IMG/VR virus record: IMGVR_UViG_3300028284_000003
Coordinates: 32,001 to 96,000 of that record
Source of the DNA: a virus
Lineage: Duplodnaviria; Caudoviricetes
Length of the DNA: 64,000 nt
Direction: 5' to 3' (one strand)
Every line of letters begins with the position of its first letter. Within the stretch, counting starts at the first letter, position 1. Both the position numbers and the translations under genes were made by a program. The notes below the pieces were generated by a model that had not been told where the DNA came from, ran no database searches, and saw only the letters and a program-made list of their open reading frames with translations. Of this stretch, positions 17,861-25,492 are shown piece by piece.

Positions 17861-18372
17861 CCTCTTATTTCTTTAAGTTCTTTTTGTACTTTATTCCAAT
17901 AATGTTGGGTCTTGATTTTCTTAGGGCCTCGAGGACCTCCATTCCAACACCTTGCAATTACCTCATCACTGTCTTCTATGTGATGAAAGTCTCTCCAAAC
18001 AATAAACATTTCAATAGATTTTTGTCTACTAAAACGATCTTTTCTTTTATAACGTAGTTTAGAACCTTGGATTTTTAAGATTCTATTTACTTCTCTCACC
18101 ATAATTGGACGTATTTGTAAGACACCAACTGATGGTTCTCCTAAATGTTTATCTCCTAATAGATTTGACTTACCTCTACTTTCAACATTAATTAATGCAT
18201 ATATTAAAGTAGAATCTATTACCTTTACGGTATCATTAATTACGTTAATTATTGTTTCGTTTTCTAAACAATCTTCTACATTTTCAGTATCGCCGGTGAT
18301 AGAACCTGCCCAAAATGCAAATGGAACTAATAATGAACTAATTCTTGGTATTGACATTGTTTCTAAAATCAT
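17857..18372 (-). CDS. lysozyme-like / lytic transglycosylase
   Basis: ALINVES catalytic Glu, GVLQI and ARCWNGG motifs; hydrophobic N-terminus. Confidence 0.75.
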   Translation of the reverse strand: MILETMSIPRISSLLVPFAFWAGSITGDTENVEDCLENETIINVINDTVKVIDSTLIYALINVESRGKSNLLGDKHLGEPSVGVLQIRPIMVREVNRILKIQGSKLRYKRKDRFSRQKSIEMFIVWRDFHHIEDSDEVIARCWNGGPRGPKKIKTQHYWNKVQKELKEIRG

Positions 18373-18535
18373 TCTAATCTTTTTAGTTTACTGTGATATT
18401 TTAATAATAACTTTCTTGAAAATTGATCTACTGTTCCTTCTTCTATTACTTCTTTAACAATTAATTGGTGCAATTCATGAATTCTTGATTCAACGTAACT
18501 TCTATGTCTCATTTGTCTTCTTCTAAAAGAGAATT

Positions 18536-18787
18536 TCATATATCTTTAGGATTTAACCAATCGTTTGCACAACATGAATTTAATATTTGAATTTCTTCAT
18601 CGAGTTCATTAATATAATCTAATAATTTAGAGTTGTCAATTTGTAAGTCTAAATGTTGATCTACTAATAAAGCTTCTTTTTCTTTATAGTTTTTTTCTGA
18701 ATTTTTTATATTTTTTCTTAAAATTATAATACACGATAAAAGAATTAAAATTATAAAAAATTGTACTAGTTTTAGTGCTTTTTTCAT
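18536..18787 (-). CDS. membrane-anchored coiled-coil protein
   Basis: N-terminal TM followed by a coiled-coil. Confidence 0.55.
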   Translation of the reverse strand: MKKALKLVQFFIILILLSCIIILRKNIKNSEKNYKEKEALLVDQHLDLQIDNSKLLDYINELDEEIQILNSCCANDWLNPKDI

Positions 18788-18797
18788 TTTGTTTTCT

Positions 18798-20090
18798 TTA
18801 AAAATCTCTGGCTTCTTCGTAGACTGCTTTAATTACTGGGAACCTTAGTGAATGTTCTCCTTCTTGATTTGTAGTTTCTTCGAAGTATTGCACGGTTATG
18901 GTTTTGTTTAATATTTTATTAGGATTTTCAAAAAAGTTTCTTTTTTGTTCAAGACTAAAGCCACTACCAACTTGTACCCTATTGCCTTTGTGTTCTATAA
19001 CTACATTTTTAAGCATCATTTCATCAACTTCTTTACCATCTACAATTACCCTGTTGATAGCATTTTCAAGATCAACTACTGTATATTCTGCATCGAACAT
19101 TTTTTTAACCTTTAAAATGTCTTGGCTTCTCTTACCTTTATAAACATCATCTTTTCTTAGCATCAAACCTTCCCAACCTTCTTTGGCTGCGATTGCCATT
19201 TGTTCATTTACCATGTCTTCACCTGTCGTTAAATACTGTTGTAAATATTTAATATACTTTAGATTTGGATCTCCTAGAATCATCTCAAGCGTCTGCAGCC
19301 TAAGACATAGTGGCTCTTTTGAAACTTTATTAGTAAAATCTTCTAGTGTAATTAAATCAAATGCTTGAAATAATGGCTTTTCAATCGTGTGATCTTTTCT
19401 TTTAATTTCTTTAATAATAGATTGAAAATCCTCGTTTCCATTCTTGTCTACCATACATATCTCGCCATCAATTACAACATGTCTAAGGTCTAGACTCTCT
19501 AATTCATGTCTAACATTTTCTAGTGTAAGAAACGATTTGCCACTTCTTGAGTAGAGACTTACTTCTCCCCATTCATTAAAAAATGCAAGGCATCTAACTC
19601 CATCGAGCTTCCTACTAAGATACCAATCATCTTCTGTAAAATTTACTTTCTTTTTAATTTTATCATCATAGGCTGATGCTAATGCAACGTCAAATGTAGG
19701 CACGCATCCTGGGATTACCTTATTAATCATTGAAGCAGTAGATCTTGTTTTAAGATTCCTGTCTATGATATTATAAATAAGATCTGCATGTTCTTCGTTG
19801 TTACTAATAAACCCATTAACTTCTGCAAGTGCAGCATGGCCTGTAATTTCTCTATTATCTAACCTATCTAAGAGATTAAACAAATTATTGCCAGCATGAG
19901 AGTTCATTAGGTCACTTCTCTTCTTTAGATTTTTTGAAGTAACATAATATTGTTTAAATGGTGAGTATACATACTTGAGCATTCTAGTGACCTCTAGATC
20001 ATCCTTAAACTGTTCTAATACTTTTAACTTATCTAAGTTTGAGTTTGATGAATTACTTTGCTCTACAAAAGCTTTTATTTTTTCTAACAT
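18798..20090 (-). CDS. ATP-dependent DNA ligase (gp30-like)
   Basis: KLDGVR, IDGE, EGLMLR, LKVK and SLRFP motifs. Confidence 0.95.
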   Translation of the reverse strand: MLEKIKAFVEQSNSSNSNLDKLKVLEQFKDDLEVTRMLKYVYSPFKQYYVTSKNLKKRSDLMNSHAGNNLFNLLDRLDNREITGHAALAEVNGFISNNEEHADLIYNIIDRNLKTRSTASMINKVIPGCVPTFDVALASAYDDKIKKKVNFTEDDWYLSRKLDGVRCLAFFNEWGEVSLYSRSGKSFLTLENVRHELESLDLRHVVIDGEICMVDKNGNEDFQSIIKEIKRKDHTIEKPLFQAFDLITLEDFTNKVSKEPLCLRLQTLEMILGDPNLKYIKYLQQYLTTGEDMVNEQMAIAAKEGWEGLMLRKDDVYKGKRSQDILKVKKMFDAEYTVVDLENAINRVIVDGKEVDEMMLKNVVIEHKGNRVQVGSGFSLEQKRNFFENPNKILNKTITVQYFEETTNQEGEHSLRFPVIKAVYEEARDF

Positions 20091-20108
20091 ATTTTATCTT
20101 TGTTTTAA

Positions 20109-20168
20109 TTATAATACTAATATAACTATAATCTTTGACCCGTGAAAACTTTTTAACACTTTTTTTCA
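20109..20168 (-). promoter_or_regulatory. early-promoter repeat upstream of the ligase
   Basis: ttataatactaatataactataatctttgacccgtgaaaa. Confidence 0.75.
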
Positions 20169-20285
20169 CTTTTTTTCCAGTGCCATGCACCTGAGCCTAT
20201 ATAATAATCTTTTACATATCCCATTGCTTCCATTTCATACTCAATAGGTGTGCCATTTCTTTTAGAAGCTGTCATTGCATAATAA

Positions 20286-20510
20286 CTATTCAAGTCCACT
20301 TTCTTCTTTTATAATTTTTAAAAGTTGATGTAAGTTTATTGCCATAATTACAAGGTTAGTAATTATAATAGGCATGCTTAAAATAAGTAAACCATAAATT
20401 GTAAATAAAAAACAACCTATTGTATTAACAGTTCTTAATCTTTTTATATTTTGTATAGTAAACGAAAATATAACTAGAGCAGTTGCCACGTATCCTAAAA
20501 TTTCTATCAT
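20286..20510 (-). CDS. small inner-membrane protein (YgjV/PQ-loop-like)
   Basis: GYVAT..SF...LR..N..G..YG pattern, 3 TM. Confidence 0.65.
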   Translation of the reverse strand: MIEILGYVATALVIFSFTIQNIKRLRTVNTIGCFLFTIYGLLILSMPIIITNLVIMAINLHQLLKIIKEESGLE

Positions 20511-20641
20511 TTTTCTAATTCTTTTAATCTTGCTGGAATTACATGTGTAAAGTTACAAGTGTCGCAGCATCTTTTATTATTAACAGGCTCTGCGTTATTA
20601 CCAAAGCCTGTTATTTTATTGTTACATATTGAACATTTCAT
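20507..20641 (-). CDS. small Cys-rich (zinc-finger-like) protein, 44 aa, not in ORF track
   Basis: MKCSIC..GNNAEP..CCDTCN..VIPAR; middle promoter at 20647-20672. Confidence 0.6.
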   Translation of the reverse strand: MKCSICNNKITGFGNNAEPVNNKRCCDTCNFTHVIPARLKELEK

Positions 20642-20670
20642 ATAGATTATATGAAAAAATGTAGTTTTGT

Positions 20671-20871
20671 TTATCTACCTAAAATCAATTTCTTAAAAAA
20701 TGGAATTGAACTATAAATAGCAAGTGCCATAATTGTCCATCCCCACCATACACTAAATTGACTAGAATTTGGATCCATTATATCTCTATAACCCATTATT
20801 ATTAAATAACAATTTATAAAACCTATTAAACCTTCGTTTTCAGTTATTCTTTTTATTATTTGTTGTTTCAT
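20671..20871 (-). CDS. small membrane protein
   Basis: 2 TM; middle promoter at 20932-20957. Confidence 0.55.
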   Translation of the reverse strand: MKQQIIKRITENEGLIGFINCYLIIMGYRDIMDPNSSQFSVWWGWTIMALAIYSSIPFFKKLILGR

Positions 20872-20955
20872 GTTTTTTTATTTTTATAATTAAACGTAAC
20901 TTGATTTTATTAAATTGTATTTAATTGTTGATTATATTAAAAAAGTTAACCTTGT

Positions 20956-21381
20956 TTATTTTATAGGTAAACGTGTTGTAATTTCTTTAAGTAACTTATC
21001 TAGTGTTTGAGAACTCCACATGCCTGTTTTTTTCCAAGTATTTGTTAGTGCACTTTTTGTATTTTCAAATATTTCAATTCCAAGATCATGGTCGTAAATG
21101 CAAATTTCGTTAGTATTTCTATCAGTGTATGCAATATATAAGTTTTTACCTATGTATTTTTTATCTAATGTGGCCCTAGATCCTTTTAACTGGATTTGAA
21201 TATTTTCACCATTAAGAAAATTATAGGCTATCATATCAGCACCGTGTTTATCTGCGGTAATTAAATTACATACATATCCATATTCTACAAGCGTTGATGC
21301 TGTTTTTGCATAATTATATACTTCTTGTTCTTTTCCTATTAAATTTGTGTAATTTACTTTTTCTTTAAATAAATGTTTCAT
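20956..21381 (-). CDS. PD-(D/E)XK-like nuclease
   Basis: GADMIAY..IQIQLKG (QxK variant). Confidence 0.5.
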   Translation of the reverse strand: MKHLFKEKVNYTNLIGKEQEVYNYAKTASTLVEYGYVCNLITADKHGADMIAYNFLNGENIQIQLKGSRATLDKKYIGKNLYIAYTDRNTNEICIYDHDLGIEIFENTKSALTNTWKKTGMWSSQTLDKLLKEITTRLPIK

Positions 21382-21383
21382 TG

Positions 21384-21575
21384 TTAATCGTTTTTAATTT
21401 TTATTTTGTGCCATTCTTGAGCAAACCAGCACATCATTTTCTTTTCCTTTCTAAGCATTCTTTTAGAAAGTTCAATAGCATATTTCAATCCAGCCTCTGT
21501 ATTATCATGGTACAGCTCAGCTTCGAATTGCTCAATTAAACATGCTATTGGTGTTTTTATTTGTTGATGTTTCAT
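21384..21575 (-). CDS. hypothetical protein
   Basis: 63-aa ORF. Confidence 0.55.
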   Translation of the reverse strand: MKHQQIKTPIACLIEQFEAELYHDNTEAGLKYAIELSKRMLRKEKKMMCWFAQEWHKIKIKND

Positions 21576-21578
21576 ATA

Positions 21579-21704
21579 ATTATAATTACATGTTTCTTGG
21601 GAAATTTACATAAAAATTAAAACTTTTTTAAAACTTATGTTTTTTGTATTTCCTTATATTATTATAATTACATGTTTCTTGGAAAATTTACATAAAAATT
21701 AAAA
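21579..21704. repeat. 44-bp direct repeat x2 (21579-21622 and 21661-21704), one mismatch
   Basis: attataattacatgtttcttgg(g/a)aaatttacataaaaattaaaa. Confidence 0.9.
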
Positions 21705-21725
21705 AAGACCCATTAAGGGTCTTTT
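21701..21725 (-). terminator. intrinsic terminator
   Basis: AAAAGACCC-TTAAT-GGGTCTTTTTT on the minus strand. Confidence 0.8.
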
Positions 21726-21756
21726 ATTTTAAAACAATATAATATGAATCTTATTG

Positions 21757-22224
21757 TTAAAAGTCGCCTGGAGCAACTTGCATACATGTTAGGTTGTTGT
21801 TTCTCCACATTTTTACAACTTTATCTCTGTCATCAAAGACACAAACAATATTGCTTTTATCTGGAAATAAATCATCTAACCAATTTTGTTTAAGTTGATC
21901 ATCTGGCTTAAACATCCAATCTTTGCCAGTTGGTCTCATCTTAATCACATGAAAAGGTACTTTATGTTTAACCAACCAACCCTTAGTAGTCAATTGCGTA
22001 CCTTTACTTCTACCACTAAAGATAGCGATCATATGGCCAGAATCTGCAAGAATTTGAGCCATTTTTATCACAGCATGGTTTGGCTGATCTAAACTGATAT
22101 TCTTTGGGTCAAAAAATATGTCCCAATCTATTTTACCATTTGGCTTTGTTGCTAATTTTCTTCTTGCATCTATATTCGCTAAGGTTCCATCTAAGTCGAA
22201 TATTACCCATTTTTGATCTGTCAT
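21757..22224 (-). CDS. stand-alone polynucleotide 3'-phosphatase (T4 Pnkp/PseT C-terminal HAD domain)
   Basis: FDLDGTLA, SGR, MR..D..K and FDDR..VVKMWR..CMQVAPGDF motifs. Confidence 0.88.
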   Translation of the reverse strand: MTDQKWVIFDLDGTLANIDARRKLATKPNGKIDWDIFFDPKNISLDQPNHAVIKMAQILADSGHMIAIFSGRSKGTQLTTKGWLVKHKVPFHVIKMRPTGKDWMFKPDDQLKQNWLDDLFPDKSNIVCVFDDRDKVVKMWRNNNLTCMQVAPGDF

Positions 22225-22241
22225 TTTTTTACGTTTTAAAT

Positions 22242-22300
22242 TTATAATACTAATATAACTATTTTCTTTGACCTGTGAAAATTTTTAGGCAACTTTTTTC
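22242..22300 (-). promoter_or_regulatory. early-promoter repeat
   Basis: same element; overlaps the 3' end of the upstream ORF. Confidence 0.7.
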
Positions 22301-22665
22301 AACATTTTTTTAGTTGCATAATTTAGAATCTTTTTAAGTCTTTCTTCTCTTGTAAGAAGCATGATTCTTTCTTTACCTACCCAATTATAAGTATCTCCAG
22401 TTTCTTGACTTTTCCAAGATGCTGGATAAGTTTTAGTTGGGTTTAATTGCCAGCAAGTATCTTGTAGTTTTTTATTATCTGACCTTCTAGTCCAATATCT
22501 TATTTTTCTAACATAGCCAGTAGAATATTCTGCTACTGTTTCTCCAGTCTTTAGTCTCCACATTGAAGTACCATTTTTCTTTTGTGTTTTAGATGAGATA
22601 TTTTTTGCACCCATTGTTTCTAAAACTTCTTCGTATATTTTTTCTTTACTTTCCATTATTTTCAA
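22285..22665 (-). CDS. hypothetical early protein
   Basis: ORF flanked by early repeats. Confidence 0.6.
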   Translation of the reverse strand: MKIMESKEKIYEEVLETMGAKNISSKTQKKNGTSMWRLKTGETVAEYSTGYVRKIRYWTRRSDNKKLQDTCWQLNPTKTYPASWKSQETGDTYNWVGKERIMLLTREERLKKILNYATKKMLKKVA

Positions 22666-22705
22666 GTGTTAATTTGTGATTAATTCATTTTGTTTAAGTT
22701 TTAAT

Positions 22706-22781
22706 CATAATACTAATATAACTATAATCTTTGACATAAAAAAATCTAGAGGCAACTTTTTTCAAAAAGTTATGAACAATT
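22706..22781 (-). promoter_or_regulatory. early-promoter repeat
   Basis: same element. Confidence 0.7.
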
Positions 22782-23054
22782 AAACGTTTAAAGTTTCCCA
22801 AAAGTCGTTATTTGCTTTTACTTCTGCTTCTTTATCGGTATAACCTAAGTCTAGATACTTTTGAAAAAACTTTTCCAAAAGATTATTATTTATTACATTA
22901 ATCATCTTTGTGTTTTTTAAACAGTTCTTCCCATTCATCCATGGTATAGTTTAACATTCTTCTAATTCTTGTTCTTTCTGTTTCAGAGCCTCGTAGCCAA
23001 CCCATTAAATAGGTTGCTGCGATTACTCCGATTATTGCAATTAAATCCGACATA

Positions 23055-23513
23055 TTATTTGTTTATTTTATATGCGTAACTGGCATGGGTTTTTGTGTTC
23101 ATGCTTTTCCATAAATCATAGTCAACCATCTTTTTCCAAGCATTGTGCATGTGAGTTACTTTTAAGTTGTTTAAGAATGTTTTATCTATTGAGTAAAATT
23201 TACCACCTTTAGTAGTTAATACATTAAACCAATGTTCAGAACCATCTTTGAATTTTTTTAATACCTGTACATTATCTAAAAAAGTATAAGTTGATGAGAT
23301 AAATCTTTCAGGAGTAGCCGTTTGGTCACTGATATTTAAAAATCCAGCTTTACATTTACAAGTATATCTGAATTTGTATTCAACTCCTTCTTCTAAATGA
23401 TTTGAAACTGTAAATTTTAAGTATTTACCTTTATTGTCTTTTTGAGTAACACTGCCAAAAAATACAGTATTGCTTCCTTCTAATTGTTGTTTTGATTTTT
23501 TTACTATTTCCAT
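23055..23513 (-). CDS. hypothetical early protein
   Basis: 152-aa ORF behind an early repeat. Confidence 0.65.
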   Translation of the reverse strand: MEIVKKSKQQLEGSNTVFFGSVTQKDNKGKYLKFTVSNHLEEGVEYKFRYTCKCKAGFLNISDQTATPERFISSTYTFLDNVQVLKKFKDGSEHWFNVLTTKGGKFYSIDKTFLNNLKVTHMHNAWKKMVDYDLWKSMNTKTHASYAYKINK

Positions 23514-23529
23514 TTGTTTTAAGTTTTAA

Positions 23530-23605
23530 TTATAATACTAATATAACTATAATTTTTGACACGTGAAAACTTTTTAACACTTATTTTTAAAAGTTATTAA
23601 CAATT
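23530..23605 (-). promoter_or_regulatory. early-promoter repeat
   Basis: same element. Confidence 0.75.
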
Positions 23606-24070
23606 CCATTTTTTAAATTCTTCTATACTAGTGTTTTCACATAAATGATCTTCGACTTCTAATAATCTTGCGGCCATGAATGTCATATTATCTATAACCT
23701 GTAAAACATCTTTGACTGAACTTAAATTAGTGCTCATTAATTTGTCTGCAATTGACTTAACTCCACCATTCATATGTTCAACATGAATTATTCTATCTAT
23801 TTTAAAGTTATTTTTTAATTTGTGATTAAGTCTATAAATTTCAGAGGTTGTCATATACTCATTATAGTCACAACCTATTTCTTTTAATTTTTGTTGTAGT
23901 CTTTTTGTTAAAAGAACTTTGTAGGTTTTATGGATTCTTCTAACCGCCCTACTTACTGAATCTCTTGCTGTAACAGTATGATAATCTTTAACATCTTGTA
24001 AAGCAGTTAAAGAACCATATAGTGAAACTGCTCTTGTATTTGTTTTAAATTCTTCTAATTGATTTTTCAT
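23597..24070 (-). CDS. hypothetical early protein
   Basis: 157-aa ORF behind an early repeat. Confidence 0.65.
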   Translation of the reverse strand: MKNQLEEFKTNTRAVSLYGSLTALQDVKDYHTVTARDSVSRAVRRIHKTYKVLLTKRLQQKLKEIGCDYNEYMTTSEIYRLNHKLKNNFKIDRIIHVEHMNGGVKSIADKLMSTNLSSVKDVLQVIDNMTFMAARLLEVEDHLCENTSIEEFKKWNC

Positions 24071-24079
24071 AGTTTATAA

Positions 24080-24156
24080 TTATAAATACTAATATAAACA
24101 AAAAAAGCGACCCGTGAAAATCCAGGGTCGCTTTTTTTTAAAACTTATTAACAATT
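24080..24156 (-). promoter_or_regulatory. early-promoter repeat containing a terminator hairpin
   Basis: tactaatata...gacccgtgaaaa...ttattaacaatt with inverted repeat aaaaaaagcgaccc/gggtcgcttttttt. Confidence 0.7.
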
Positions 24157-24228
24157 TAACCATACCAGTATAATAGATAAAGTGCAATAGATGCTGCTAT
24201 TAAATATGCAGCCCATGTTAGTGTGTAT

Positions 24229-25080
24229 TTATAAACCTAGTTCGTTCATTTCATCAATATCGATACCATGTGTATCAAACCACCAGTCTTTGTCTTTATC
24301 TTGGTGCTTTTCCTTAAGTCTAAGATACCTAAGTTTTGTTTTTTCTTGTCTTTCAACTTCTCTCTTAAAAAATGGATGATCCATATAACCATTATTATTG
24401 TATAAGATTCTAAGAAGTTTACGAAGTACATATCCTTGTTTCTGTGGACCTGGCTTATAACCAGAATCTGCTATCTTTAAAATAGTCTCTTCAAGTGTCT
24501 CGTTTGCACTCTTTACCTCAGTACCATTAACTATAGCCTCAAGTCTTTCAAGTCCAAACCCGACATCTATAAATTCATCTGACGTATTTACTATATTACC
24601 TATTTCTATTCCTTTATAGTAAAACTCTGTACAATAACCTCCCATTTCTCCATCGGTCCAAATACATTCGTCGTCTAATTTTAATGGAGTTTTATAAATA
24701 TCATACATCCATTTCCAATTATCAAACTTATCAGAATGAATTGTTGCACAGTCTACTTGGATTTTAAGTTCTTCTTGTACAAATTCCATCCAAAATTCAA
24801 CGGCTTGGTTAACTGTCATTTCTCCAAAACTAAAAAGACCTAACATGTTAAAGTATAAAAGATGGCTTCCATCTCCTATCTCGTCAATGTCCTGTAGTCT
24901 TAAACAGGATTGAACATTTGCAACTGTAGTATTATCTGGATTTTTAAAACGATCTTTAAACTGCTGCATGCCAGCAGGACAGAAAAGCGTTGTATCATCA
25001 TAGGGTCTTACATGATTATCCATTTGAAAAGCAATTCCTTTCTTTTCACAATATGTAATGTATTTTTGTAAAACGTTCAT
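24229..25080 (-). CDS. alaS: minimal alanyl-tRNA synthetase (283 aa; no editing or C-Ala domain)
   Basis: DDTTLFCPAGMQQFK, QSCLR..D..H..F.MLG.FSFG (motif 2), EIGNIV, IDVGFGLERL (motif 3), GYVLRKLLR, FDTHG. Confidence 0.9.
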   Translation of the reverse strand: MNVLQKYITYCEKKGIAFQMDNHVRPYDDTTLFCPAGMQQFKDRFKNPDNTTVANVQSCLRLQDIDEIGDGSHLLYFNMLGLFSFGEMTVNQAVEFWMEFVQEELKIQVDCATIHSDKFDNWKWMYDIYKTPLKLDDECIWTDGEMGGYCTEFYYKGIEIGNIVNTSDEFIDVGFGLERLEAIVNGTEVKSANETLEETILKIADSGYKPGPQKQGYVLRKLLRILYNNNGYMDHPFFKREVERQEKTKLRYLRLKEKHQDKDKDWWFDTHGIDIDEMNELGL

Positions 25081-25218
25081 CTATCTTCCTCCTCTACTAT
25101 AAGGCTTTTTATATTTTTTTGAATTTTTATTTTTTGAACTTGACTTAGCATGAACTCCTTTTCTTTTAATTTTTAGGCCATCCATGTTTCCATTTCCTTG
25201 TACTTTTACTCTTGACAT
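25081..25218 (-). CDS. small very basic protein (45 aa, not in ORF track)
   Basis: MSRVKVQG...KRKGVHAKSSSKNKNSKKYKKPYSRGGR; stop abuts the alaS ATG. Confidence 0.6.
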   Translation of the reverse strand: MSRVKVQGNGNMDGLKIKRKGVHAKSSSKNKNSKKYKKPYSRGGR

Positions 25219-25236
25219 TTTATTTAATTTAAATAT

Positions 25237-25461
25237 TTAACTTATTTGAGTTGCTGAAATACTTGACTTTTTAATATGTTCATTTAGTGCCTTACCTTGT
25301 GAATCAGCCAATGAAAACTTTTCATAAGTTTCTTGATTTACTGATTGATACATATAAGTAATTCCTGAATGAAAAGTTACAAGTAGTATTTCATCTTTAA
25401 AATTATATTGAGAAAGTTGAACCGTGCTTGATTCATAATATATTGTTTCTGTTAATTTCAT
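25237..25461 (-). CDS. KTSC-domain protein
   Basis: SS....Y.....L.V.F.SG..Y.Y..V....Y..F..ADS.G pattern. Confidence 0.85.
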   Translation of the reverse strand: MKLTETIYYESSTVQLSQYNFKDEILLVTFHSGITYMYQSVNQETYEKFSLADSQGKALNEHIKKSSISATQIS

Positions 25462-25466
25462 GTATA

Positions 25467-25492
25467 TTATATATGAAACTATGTGTTTGTTT
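25467..25492 (-). promoter_or_regulatory. middle promoter upstream of KTSC-basic protein-alaS
   Basis: AAAC-AAACACATAGTTTCAT-ATATAA. Confidence 0.75.

Noticed and set aside
13235..24156. Intergenic repeats as a CRISPR array or IS ends
   Set aside because: Copies are dispersed, 60-78 bp long and separated by whole genes; no regular spacers, cas operon or transposase
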